Shown here: in pieces, positions 19,401-28,311 of the stretch | How the letters are laid out: the number at the start of each line of letters is the position of its first letter | Position numbering within the stretch: position 1 is the stretch's first letter | NCBI GenBank assembly: GCA_965223665.1 | Contig: OZ245011.1 | Coordinates: 1,792,001-1,856,000 of the forward strand | DNA length: 64,000 bases | Origin: Nitrospinaceae bacterium | Lineage (GTDB): Bacteria > Nitrospinota > Nitrospinia > Nitrospinales > Nitrospinaceae | Reading direction: 5' to 3' | Program-made: the position numbers and the translations under genes | The notes under the pieces: model-generated | What the model was told of the DNA's origin: nothing | What the model saw: only the letters and a program-made list of their open reading frames with translations | Database searches by the model: none

Positions 19401-20912
19401 GGTAAGGACCAAATGATACAACTAATAGATGACAACTCCGGAGAACTGAGTCCATTCGCTTTTAATTTCCAAAACCTAAGGGACGATGGCACCACTAAAC
19501 TAAAAATAAGGACTTCCGGGATGGCTCCACCCCCTGGATTTATTAATGGGGAGCCCGCCATGTTTTTTGAAACCGAAACCTCGGCAGGTTATTTTGGTCT
19601 TGTTGATGTAAAAATTGACTACAGCAATATTCGTTTTGGAAACGAAAGTACATTAGAACTTTTTTCTTATAATGGTTCATCTAATGAATGGACTCCAATT
19701 ACCACTGAGCAGGATTTAGACCATAATATTATTTCCGGAGTCGTAAGTGACGTAGACACGGTTTTTGCCCTCTTCGAACCGGGAATCCAAACCATGTTCC
19801 AGGATGGCGTTTACCCGGATGCAAGTTATGGCGGAACCCAGGACACCTACGTCAGGCAAACTTCACCCACGGAAAACTATGGAAGTGAGTCAACACTCCT
19901 GGCAGATGGTATTGACCAAGATCCAGTCAATGGCAATTATGGTCAAACTCAGTCTGTGCTCTCCTGGGACATATCTTCAATTCCTAGTAACGCAGTCGTT
20001 CAATCGGTAAGCATTACTTTGGATTTATCGAATACCAGTTCACAACCGTATTCACTCTATCAAGTGAACAATAGTTGGACGGAAGGATCCGCGGTCTGGG
20101 ATGACTTCAGTAATCCTGGTAATATTGGTTCCACAGTTTTAGGAATGGTGCCGGCGGATCCTCGCGGTGAAAATATTGGAGATAACATTGTTTATCTGAA
20201 TAATGAGGGAATCAATTTGGTTCAGGGCTGGATCAATGGCAGCATCCCCAACAATGGCATTCTCATTCAGAATCCGGACACCAATGATGGAATTGATATT
20301 AATTCCAGTGAAGCCGGGACGGGTCGACCCAAACTCACCATCAATTATGCTTTTTCCGGAATGGCTCAAAGTATTGTTGCCAATCAGGACAGCTACATTC
20401 GTCAAACCTCACCGGACACAAACTACGGGAGCGAAACGGAGCTGTTAGCGGATGGCGTGGACCAGGACCCGGTCAATGGCAAGTTTGGTGAAACCAAGTC
20501 GGTGATTTCCTGGGATGTTTCTGTCATTCCAAGTGATGCGGTGATTCAATCGGTGACTCTGACTATAGACATGTCCAATACCAGTGGAGAGGCCTATCAC
20601 CTTTATGCGGTGAATAGTTCATGGTCTGAGGGAACGGTAGCTTGGAACGATCTTAATGATCCTTCCAATATCGGTACCACAGTATTAGGGATGGTCCCGG
20701 CTGATCCACGCGGAGAAAATATTGGAGACAATGTTGTTCAATTTAATACGGATGGCGTCAGCCTGGTTCAAAGTTGGGTAGACGGCAGTATTTCCAATAA
20801 CGGGATTGTGATTGGTAATCCGGCTAACAAAGACGGCATTGATTTTAGTTCCAGGGAAGTGGCCAGTAGCGGTCCTAAACTGACGATTAATTATACTATG
20901 CCCAGCCTTTGA
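16497..20912 (+). CDS. Secreted metallophosphoesterase interrupted by tandem beta/gamma-crystallin repeats, with two C-terminal DNRLRE (CBM96-like) domains
   Basis: AGGAG + ATG 16497, signal peptide; TDIH, GDLTD, GNHD ... AHH, GHGH; many LYxxxNFxG / NDxxSS crystallin motifs; duplicated QD(T/S)Y(V/I)RQTSP..NYGSE..SW.EG..P.LTINY. Confidence 0.8.
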   Translation: MKRFLIFPFLFLLIFSFLSPVFAAPPGDLECQTGDPESSLTSDQCVSWDIGDCENNDLEWSFGIITDIHVGEESPDFVFWGWDDPRVTLPYGLGDKGAEHLRRAVNWINEKAESQKIKFVAELGDLTDGGEISEQKFAIEELDRLSVPWLPVIGNHDVWPHVKPIDNTTSSILFSFDNVPINPAVVLYQHENFEAVDDGNIEDPIGEYEVFIASNGRLRDTRVGNDRASSMKIFGDCTVTLWDDFRFPNSGGKRTFSNPGGGVREIPRLSDYGFNDTTSAVEITNCATDGVVLYEDENYENKHENFIADSKFIHDDGRTTEHIIARNAVSSVVVKNNCRVTFFGDNDEVLTLTSSAPRLSDFNWDNRAIKEIKIDRCNNPSKGAYLYQKGEFSGRAELFLTNIPSFRNSFVGNNVVTSIKPLNGALVALYKNINYDGGYTLFDRDVINFVDLQQVASNQDTENADNQVASVKFSEWQEPVNSSVVLYKNANFEGPYEVFIASNYDLRGGGIIPIPTRIGDDAASSMRIFGACKVTLYEDPKMGGGSFTRENVLGVMELGNFIGQTFDNGHSLQNAVSSVEIENCDTDGVVLYTDSNYQGRQENFITDTSLKGHFLPMNKVSSVFVKNCPVTLFDDTGLSLRLTSSAPQLSLNGWDDAPLTRIEVESCSTQGAYLYDEANYSGRSELFLNNTPDLKSSYLGKYDASSVKLINGAQANLFVLPNFHLPGFNDPYCDSNCFFTEDNPDLSKVSLAMNRVFDITPDSYAYNFYLPKVKLLESLPEVSNFEVTKPHIPNSEVFQGESSFLNYHFDYTAEGSTPMHFIAPDFSSRSIAPFLAGGSLGEADLHNFENGTFQWLENHIPSIFKRSIIFAHHLLDPDLLGLFGPFVHFTDTEFTALINLLEQKDLFVNHWFGGHGHKVYESDQPQEDPFLKVIETPALKHLDGPTGGIFPEDQGFVRLVRMCSNSFKGKDQMIQLIDDNSGELSPFAFNFQNLRDDGTTKLKIRTSGMAPPPGFINGEPAMFFETETSAGYFGLVDVKIDYSNIRFGNESTLELFSYNGSSNEWTPITTEQDLDHNIISGVVSDVDTVFALFEPGIQTMFQDGVYPDASYGGTQDTYVRQTSPTENYGSESTLLADGIDQDPVNGNYGQTQSVLSWDISSIPSNAVVQSVSITLDLSNTSSQPYSLYQVNNSWTEGSAVWDDFSNPGNIGSTVLGMVPADPRGENIGDNIVYLNNEGINLVQGWINGSIPNNGILIQNPDTNDGIDINSSEAGTGRPKLTINYAFSGMAQSIVANQDSYIRQTSPDTNYGSETELLADGVDQDPVNGKFGETKSVISWDVSVIPSDAVIQSVTLTIDMSNTSGEAYHLYAVNSSWSEGTVAWNDLNDPSNIGTTVLGMVPADPRGENIGDNVVQFNTDGVSLVQSWVDGSISNNGIVIGNPANKDGIDFSSREVASSGPKLTINYTMPSL

Positions 20913-20992
20913 ATATTCCTTTTATTAAGGGAGGTTTAAAATGTATGACATTGGCTGAGTAAAATACACCACTTAAAAGGAGATTAAAAAAA

Positions 20993-21020
20993 GTCCCCGC
21001 CAGAATCCTCTGGCGGGAGT
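20993..21020. terminator. Hairpin, probable terminator
   Basis: cccgccaga-atcc-tctggcggg preceded by an A run. Confidence 0.5.
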
Positions 21021-21285
21021 AATTTAGGGTTGTATGTTATTAGAATAATTTTTCTTAAGATTTTTCATTTCTTCCATTGCTTTAAAGTCCCGAAGGCTCA
21101 TCCGGTCTTCGGGACTTTAATGCTAAAGGATTCTTTATAGTGGGGATGGGTAAATAGAAATTCAGAAACAATTTTTTCTTTTGAAATTCCCGCAATTAAA
21201 AATACTGTTTTAGAGACTTCCTCTCAATCCTAATCCAACTTCTCTTTTTTTTTGAATTTAATTCTAATACACTTATTCTATTAGG

Positions 21286-22416
21286 ATGAAAAAATATCTC
21301 AATTCCGAAGTTATCAAATACACTCTATTTGGCGTGGTTTTCGGCTTCTTGTTTCCGTTTGTCGCCACTCTATTCGTATGTATTCAAAACTTTGGAACTA
21401 TTCACTGGGCCGGGATTGTCCAGGTACAAAAAGCCGACCCGCTGCTTTGGATTATAGATTCCGCGCCTTTTTGGCTTGGACTCTTTGCTCTTTTTGGTGG
21501 AATAAAACAGAGCGAAGTCATCACTCACAAAAAAGTTTTGGAAGAAAATCTTAAAACGCTCGATCAATTAAATGAAAACCTTGAACTGAAAATTGAAGAA
21601 CGAACCAAAGATTTAATCAAAGCAAAAGAGGATGCGGAAAACGCTAACAAAACGAAATCCAATTTTATTTCGCAGATGAGCCATGAATTACGAACTCCCT
21701 TGAACGCCATCCTGGGTTTTGGGCAATTAATGAAATTTGATGCAAAGCAGCCCTTATCCTCTTACCATCAAGATCGCCTGGACAGCATATTAAAATCCGG
21801 AAATCATTTGCTGACCCTTATTAATGAATTATTAGATCTCGCAAAAATTGAGTCCGGCGAAATGGTTATGTCTATAGAACCGATCAATATAAACGATCTC
21901 ACTGAAGAAATTTTTGGAATGATGAATCCCATTGCAAAAGATCAGGGGATTAGATTGATCGATACTTCACGAAATCAAAAGCCCACATTTATCAATGCCG
22001 ACGAGGGGCGACTCAGGCAGGTTTTATTAAATCTAATTTCAAATGCAATTAAATACAACCGAGAAAATGGAGAAGTCGTTTTATCTTATGAAGAACAACT
22101 GAATGGCCGACTCCGCATTGAAATTATGGACACAGGTTTTGGAATCCCAAAGGAAAAACATGACAGATTGTTTCAGCCCTTTGATCGACTGGGAGTCGAT
22201 GAATACAAAACTGAGGGAACCGGGATTGGACTCACCATTACTAAAAACCTTGTGGAACTAATGAATGGAGAAATTGGTTTTGAGAGTACTTTAGGTAAAG
22301 GCACCTGTTTTTTTATTGAATTGCCCATTTCCACCGAAACAGACTCAGAAAATTCCGCAGCTTCTTCTATTGAAAATAACCTGGAATCAGTCGCTAATGA
22401 GTCCAAGGTCCTTTAG
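21286..22416 (+). CDS. Membrane histidine kinase (2 TM, HisKA, HATPase), receiver domain apparently lost
   Basis: MSHELRTPLN, NLISNAIKYN, DTGFGI, GTGIGL; ends at ESKVL*. Confidence 0.88.
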   Translation: MKKYLNSEVIKYTLFGVVFGFLFPFVATLFVCIQNFGTIHWAGIVQVQKADPLLWIIDSAPFWLGLFALFGGIKQSEVITHKKVLEENLKTLDQLNENLELKIEERTKDLIKAKEDAENANKTKSNFISQMSHELRTPLNAILGFGQLMKFDAKQPLSSYHQDRLDSILKSGNHLLTLINELLDLAKIESGEMVMSIEPININDLTEEIFGMMNPIAKDQGIRLIDTSRNQKPTFINADEGRLRQVLLNLISNAIKYNRENGEVVLSYEEQLNGRLRIEIMDTGFGIPKEKHDRLFQPFDRLGVDEYKTEGTGIGLTITKNLVELMNGEIGFESTLGKGTCFFIELPISTETDSENSAASSIENNLESVANESKVL

Positions 22417-22465
22417 AACCCCATCTTGATTTTCCTGAAACTTTTCCTGAATTCTAAAACAAAAT

Positions 22466-23248
22466 CTACACCGTTTCGTTCACCCAGGGCACAGCGCGCT
22501 CCATTCCTCCGAGATTCAGTACCTTGTTAAGACCTTTTGCCTTTAGCTTCTTGACTCCCTTATAACTTCGGATACCACTTTGACAATACAAAATAAATGT
22601 TTTGTCTGGATCAAATACTTGATCCTCCAGAGTTTCAAATGGAATGTTCACCGCATGTGGCAAATGTCCATTAGCAAATTCTTCAGGTCCTCTCACATCC
22701 ACCAGGACCCCATTCGATTTCATTGCATTTAAAAACTCGGATTGAGAAATGGGTTCATGCCATTGACCGACAAGTTTTACAGCTTTTTCAAATATCCAGG
22801 AGGCCAAACAAAAATGAGTGAAAATCACAACCAGTTGCAGGGAAATTAAGACAGCCCCAAAGCTATAAGCCCAATTTGGCATTTTATATATAAAGAAAAG
22901 ACCAATCGCCAGATTCATCATTCCCCCCATAAAACAGGCAATCCTTCGGGGCAAAGGATTCGGCGGCAGAACCACTCCATTCCAAAGAGGGCGTAAAAGG
23001 CGATTGTAGATCAGATCTACCGGATGACCTCTGGGAAACCAGAAAGGCAGAATACCAAGAGCCGCTAACGAGAAATGCATTAAAGGTTCTTTAAGAAAAA
23101 GACCCAGAAGCGCGAACCCCATACACACTAAGGGTGTAAATCGAAGTCCCCAGGATAACTCGCGCAATTCGTCGGAACCGTAATGGTACCCTTGCTGAAT
23201 AAGCCCGTGCTCCTGATAACTTTTGGAAGGCGAGGATGAAGTAACCAT
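22466..23248 (-). CDS. DUF4395-like membrane domain fused to a rhodanese domain
   Basis: 4 TM with HPVDLIYN, P.PRRIA, THFCLAS; C-terminal DVRGPEEFANGHLP..YCQSGIRS. Confidence 0.8.
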   Translation of the reverse strand: MVTSSSPSKSYQEHGLIQQGYHYGSDELRELSWGLRFTPLVCMGFALLGLFLKEPLMHFSLAALGILPFWFPRGHPVDLIYNRLLRPLWNGVVLPPNPLPRRIACFMGGMMNLAIGLFFIYKMPNWAYSFGAVLISLQLVVIFTHFCLASWIFEKAVKLVGQWHEPISQSEFLNAMKSNGVLVDVRGPEEFANGHLPHAVNIPFETLEDQVFDPDKTFILYCQSGIRSYKGVKKLKAKGLNKVLNLGGMERAVPWVNETV

Positions 23249-23501
23249 ACATAATTAGTTTACCAAGAAATAAATGTTCGAACAAACACAGGATCGACTG
23301 AATAAAAAAAAGGCTGGCACCTTAAAGAAAGGTTTCTGCTCAAGGATTCTAAAAATTTTATAGAGATTCGTGTTTCTTGCATTATTTTTTGACAACTGCT
23401 TCACTTTTAATTTTGCAAACTCTGTTTTTTTTGAGACCATGCACAGCGTTGATTTTATCAAAACTAATTTTTGAGGTGGAGTTCGTTCCCTCTATCTAAT
23501 C

Positions 23502-24044
23502 ATGTTTACGAAAGAATTTTTTAAAGATAATTCTCTTGCTGGCAAAATAGGATTCTGGGTTTTGATTTTGGTGGGGATGATCGCTTTCAATATGGTTGCC
23601 CTGGCCATACTGAAAGGTTGGGATAGTAAGTCCTGGCCTTCCACTAACGGCACTATTGTCTCATCCAGGGTGAAGACCGTAACCACCCGCAGCACATCTA
23701 CCTCAAAAACTCCTGGTAAGAAACGTACAAGATATTTTCCTGAAATCCATTATAAATATCAGGTTGATGGGAAGGAGTTTACCGGCAACCGCTTTGCATT
23801 TGGATTTAGTAATCGAACGAAGGAAACATCCAAAAATATTGTAGCGCGCTATCCCGCCGGCGCTAAAGTCCCGGTTCATTATGATCCGGACGACCCTGAA
23901 GAATCTGTTTTGGAACCGGGAGTTTATACTCTCAATTGGTTTGGGATTCTCTTTGGATTAGGAGCCATCGGCTTTGCCTATCTCGTTCGAAGTGCAGATG
24001 CCAAAGTTCAACTTCGCAAAAAAGCCAAGCCACCCCAAAACTAA
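23502..24044 (+). CDS. DUF3592 membrane protein
   Basis: TM-SWPSTNGTIVSS..YKYQVDG..VPVHYDPDDPEESVL-TM. Confidence 0.85.
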   Translation: MFTKEFFKDNSLAGKIGFWVLILVGMIAFNMVALAILKGWDSKSWPSTNGTIVSSRVKTVTTRSTSTSKTPGKKRTRYFPEIHYKYQVDGKEFTGNRFAFGFSNRTKETSKNIVARYPAGAKVPVHYDPDDPEESVLEPGVYTLNWFGILFGLGAIGFAYLVRSADAKVQLRKKAKPPQN

Positions 24045-24154
24045 ACGCAAAGAATCTGTAATTTGATCCTCAACTATAAATAAGCTTTTGCTTTTTTAAC
24101 GAATTTGCAATGTTCATCCTCTACACTTAAGAAACGCAAAAAATAGTAACAATT

Positions 24155-24928
24155 TTAATTGGATTGCTTTTTATAAAGAATCGGCTGAGCACTGTTAATA
24201 TGTTCCGTTTCGAATATTGTTTCACTGTCCTCCATAATTGTCACCTTTAAAGTTCCCTTGGGGGAAGTGCGGCGCACTTCCAGATAAGTCAACGCTTCCC
24301 CCCGCACAATCTTCGTGACGTTACCTCCTCCCATATCTTCAACAGGATCACGGACCGGTTTTCCACCCTGCAGATAAATCATATGCCCTTTAAATTTTAC
24401 TGGAGGATTCCCAATCCCTAACACCATCACCTGGATTTGTTTGCTGGGAGGTAAATTTCCGGAAAGTTTTTCCATGGCAGTACCCACAAACAAAAATTGA
24501 TTCCCTTTTTTTCCATAGGGGATACTGGTGCCGGTCACACCCGCTTCGGCAGAACGTTTATAGCTGAACTTGATTCGACCCAAAGGTTTTAAATTCGCAA
24601 AATAGCGGAACCCGTCGACCACATATTCCGAGCGAAAACCTTCAGGCAAAGATTCGAAGGTGATGTCTTTTAATTCCGAAGCCATTAATGGTTTCATGGC
24701 GTGCTTTTTCATAGTGGCTTTCAGCTTCTCAGGCACACCTTCTAAATTAAAAAGTCCCCAAAACGCTTTTTCATCTTTGTTTTGAATTGCGGTGCGAATG
24801 TCTTTCAGAAATTGATCCTCCGAGGAAGTTCCAGCGAACGCAGTGAGACTGGTTGAGAGAATTAAGAGGATAAAGAAAATTTTTGAAATAAAAGGATACA
24901 AACCGGGATAGCGAAAGAGTTTTACCAT
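24155..24928 (-). CDS. Hypothetical secreted protein
   Basis: Long ORF; GAGG before ATG 24928; signal peptide ending AFA. Confidence 0.7.
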   Translation of the reverse strand: MVKLFRYPGLYPFISKIFFILLILSTSLTAFAGTSSEDQFLKDIRTAIQNKDEKAFWGLFNLEGVPEKLKATMKKHAMKPLMASELKDITFESLPEGFRSEYVVDGFRYFANLKPLGRIKFSYKRSAEAGVTGTSIPYGKKGNQFLFVGTAMEKLSGNLPPSKQIQVMVLGIGNPPVKFKGHMIYLQGGKPVRDPVEDMGGGNVTKIVRGEALTYLEVRRTSPKGTLKVTIMEDSETIFETEHINSAQPILYKKQSN

Positions 24929-25700
24929 GAATACCTCAAAAAAGTTGAATGAATTTCCCTCCCAGTAAATATTCAACATTAGTCGTGAGAACTCCCCAAC
25001 CCTTACATCCAATTTTTTAAGGTCGCAAAATTGAATCCGTTTCGTTAATTCCCTTTTCTTTCTCTAATTTCCTGTATTCGGGAATCCGCCTTTCGGGCCG
25101 ATCTAAAAAATATATTACTCTTCAATTTGCTTATGATATTCATGGAACCAGTGTTTCTTTTATATTTAAATATCTTAAATGGAAAACTTATTGAAAGTAT
25201 CTCCTCCCTGGAGGCTCCTTTAGGGTTGCACCTGCCCATATGAAGATATGCAGGAAACATATTAAATGTTTGCACCTGCAATTTTCACCTCTTTTTAGGG
25301 AAAACCCCTGAAATCGGAAAAAATATTTATTTTCGGTATCCCCTAAACCAAATTTCTTTTCAAAGGGAAAGTTTACCCCCTGGAAATTTAAGGCACCTAA
25401 ATGAATGCCCCCCTTATTTTGGTACTGGTTTTTAAATTAATCATTCATAAAAAGGTATATTTCAGAGGGGTTACCAGTTTACGGGTAATTATTATTCATG
25501 GTTATCTTAATGAAAAGAGGTTCCACTTATTATGGTTCACCTTTATTTTTTTATTCCTCAAACCAATTTATTTTTTAGCAACATCAGTTCTTCGATATTC
25601 CTAAAAAAAGGGAAGTTTTTCCCTTAAAGTTCTGATATATATTGCGTTACATAATCATCATCCTTTGGAGGAGGTATAGGAAATACTGAGGGGAGGAACC

Positions 25701-25772
25701 ATGTCTTTAGATAAATGGTTATTCGTAGTTGTTTTGGCGATGTTATCCATTGGGTGGTTTAAACTACTTTAA
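25701..25772 (+). CDS. Putative 23-aa hydrophobic micro-protein MSLDKWLFVVVLAMLSIGWFKLL
   Basis: Strong RBS GGGAGG 4 nt before ATG; single TM-like helix; below the ORF-track size cutoff. Confidence 0.5.
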   Translation: MSLDKWLFVVVLAMLSIGWFKLL

Positions 25773-25871
25773 AAAGTGAGCGACTTAAAATCAATCTCTA
25801 AATCTTTTCTCATATTTTTCTAATTATATTTTTATATACATTAGAGAAACCACTGAATCGAGGGAAGAGTT

Positions 25872-26072
25872 ATGGGAGATGAACTTGAACGAGATTGGTT
25901 TTGGTCGGACGATGCATTGAACTATATTGAAGAGTTTGAAACTACCTTTTATAAACTTGCCAGAAAGCAAGCGATTCAATTAGTCATTCGTAAAAATAGA
26001 GAAGTCATCACTAAAGAAGATGTTCAAGGTTTTTTAAAAATCGTTTTGAATGAAATGAGTGAGAAGATTTAG
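25872..26072 (+). CDS. Small helical protein, histone-fold (alpha2-alpha3) or PCP_red-like
   Basis: WSDDAL..ARKQAIQL..NREVITKEDV; purine-rich RBS. Confidence 0.6.
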   Translation: MGDELERDWFWSDDALNYIEEFETTFYKLARKQAIQLVIRKNREVITKEDVQGFLKIVLNEMSEKI

Positions 26073-26527
26073 TTTTTATCTCTAAAAAACTCCTTCAGTA
26101 AATTACCCTCCAGGCTTAAATACAAACTCCTTCCTCTCTAACACCTCTGTAATAAACGCAACCTAAAACATTCCAATCCTTTAAATCGCATTCCCTTCAA
26201 TAATTGTTCAGCTTTCTTCTAAATGTTTTTTTAGAATCCCATGACCTATAAAATGCTAATAAAAATATAGAACAATTCAGTCTCCCTATTAAATCAAAGT
26301 TGATAACCTTAAAAGAATTAATAGGTTACACCTCTTTTATCCCCAGGCTTATTTCGCTCTGCTTAAGAAACCATTGCAATTAGGCTGTTATTCCTGGCCC
26401 AAATGGGTGCACACCTCTTTTCCCCTTATAAAATCAAGGCTTGCCAACCAACTCAATTAGGAGTAAGGTTCGATTATTAAATCAGGCACTAATGTTTTTT
26501 CGGGGATAAGCTTTCAAGGGGGGGTCC

Positions 26528-27250
26528 ATGATTAAGTTTTATCTCATTGTGACCAAAGTAATTTTAATTCCTACGCTCCTATTTTTATTCGTGGGTTTTT
26601 TAGCGTTATCGCGCACCAGCTTTGACTTTCAAAGCTTTGTCGCTCTAGATGACAATGATCCGGTCATTGATACCGCGCCATCCCTGCCTGCGAAATTTTG
26701 CCCCACTGGAGAAACGTTTATTAAATTGGACAGCCCGGGTAATATTTCATGTGTGCCTGTAAAGTTTCCTTATAACTGTTCACGCATCACGAGCGGTGCC
26801 AACTTAAGTGGATGTGACCTTCAGGGAAGAGATTTACAATATCACGATTTATCGGAAGTGACTCTTCAGGATGCTTTATTGATAGACTCGAATCTGGAAA
26901 GCGCCAATTTAACCCGTGCCGTATTATCCAACACAAATTTGAGTAACACTCGCTTAACTGGCGCAAACTTTTCAGGAGCCGACCTGCAGAACGCTAGTTT
27001 TGATGGGAATCTATCTCTGACACAAACCAATTTTTCGAACGCCAATTTGCAATTTGCAGACTTATCCCGAACGAATCTGTCTAATGCAATTTTATCTGGA
27101 GCCAACCTTACCGATGCCAACTTGCTGAACGCCGACTTGACCGGTGCCGATGTCCTCGGAGTGACATGGAGTAATACCTTGTGTCCCAATGGCACTAACT
27201 CAAATAGCCATCCTACCGGAGATTGCAGCGGCCAAGGCGGCGGATTATAG
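26528..27250 (+). CDS. Exported pentapeptide-repeat protein
   Basis: N-terminal TM; A(N/D)LSx repeats; WSNTLCPNGTNS cap. Confidence 0.9.
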   Translation: MIKFYLIVTKVILIPTLLFLFVGFLALSRTSFDFQSFVALDDNDPVIDTAPSLPAKFCPTGETFIKLDSPGNISCVPVKFPYNCSRITSGANLSGCDLQGRDLQYHDLSEVTLQDALLIDSNLESANLTRAVLSNTNLSNTRLTGANFSGADLQNASFDGNLSLTQTNFSNANLQFADLSRTNLSNAILSGANLTDANLLNADLTGADVLGVTWSNTLCPNGTNSNSHPTGDCSGQGGGL

Positions 27251-27296
27251 CAACACATAAGGTTCCCTTTCAAAATAGAACAGACCGATCTTTTTC

Positions 27297-27443
27297 TTAT
27301 GCCGAGAAGAAAGCCCAGGCCATAAAACCAAGAGCAATGGCAATCGCTGTAACGAACCCCGTATGAATAAAAATAGTTAACCAACGCGGCTCATGGTTAT
27401 AACTCAAATATTTAAAGATTCCTTTTTTGTTTGCTGTTTTCAT
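27297..27443 (-). CDS. 48-aa single-TM membrane protein downstream of the carbonic anhydrase
   Basis: AGGAGG before ATG 27443; hydrophobic C-terminus. Confidence 0.6.
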   Translation of the reverse strand: MKTANKKGIFKYLSYNHEPRWLTIFIHTGFVTAIAIALGFMAWAFFSA

Positions 27444-27590
27444 GATTAACCTCCTTTTAAATGACCCTTCATAAAAAGGGATTATTAATAAACACAACTT
27501 GTTGAATCAGGAGACCCATGTATTCCCTCTTTTCTAAAGAGGGCCAGGGTGATTCACCTTAAGGAGTTTTCAAATTAACTAACATTTCTT

Positions 27591-28238
27591 TCAATCCAAC
27601 CATTCCACTTGTCCGGTGTCTAAATGATAAAACCCTGAAACCACCTTCACCGAACCGTCATAGACATGTTTATAGATCGACTCACTCATATGTTTGATAT
27701 CTTCACAGGTGAGACGCACATGCATTCTTGTCACTGCTTCCAAAGATTTCTTATTCGCCGCCTTGACTGCGGGAGTGAGCCCTTCCACCAGGCTGGGCAG
27801 GTAACCGGGAAGATTCTCATCTTCCATAGCCGCATGAATGGTGCCGCATTTCTGGTGACCCAAAACAACAATGAGCGACACTCCCAAATAATCCACCGCA
27901 TACTCCAGGCTGCCGAGATTCATATCATTGAGTATGTTCCCGGCAACCCGCACAACGTACAAGTCCCCCAGCCCGCAGTCGAAAAGAATTTCCGGAGTCA
28001 CCTGCGAATCCGCGCAAGTCAGAACTGCAGCAAAAGGGTATTGACCTGTGGACACTTCCCGGATCCGCTCCGGATCCTGGTTCGGCTTCAAAGAAGTGCC
28101 CATGAAGTGCCTTTGATTGCCTTCACTTAAAAGTGTGAAGGCATCCTTAACCAACGGGTTGCCCATTTTGTTTTTATTCCTTTTATTTTCCATTCTCATA
28201 GTTAACATTTTCATCTCCAAAATATCAGGCAAACCCAT
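27591..28238 (-). CDS. Beta-class carbonic anhydrase (start uncertain)
   Basis: GQYPFA.VLTCADS, GDLYVVRVAGN, SLEYAV, GHQKCG. Confidence 0.92.
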   Translation of the reverse strand: MGLPDILEMKMLTMRMENKRNKNKMGNPLVKDAFTLLSEGNQRHFMGTSLKPNQDPERIREVSTGQYPFAAVLTCADSQVTPEILFDCGLGDLYVVRVAGNILNDMNLGSLEYAVDYLGVSLIVVLGHQKCGTIHAAMEDENLPGYLPSLVEGLTPAVKAANKKSLEAVTRMHVRLTCEDIKHMSESIYKHVYDGSVKVVSGFYHLDTGQVEWLD

Positions 28239-28311
28239 TTCTTTTATATCTTGTGCCTGCGTTGGATAATCCCAAATCCTCAGGCGCGAAATTATTTATT
28301 TAAAAAAACCT

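Noticed and set aside
23288-23303. Exact 16-mer acaggatcgactgaat also at 59034-59049
   Set aside because: About one such match is expected by chance in 64 kb, and the flanks do not align
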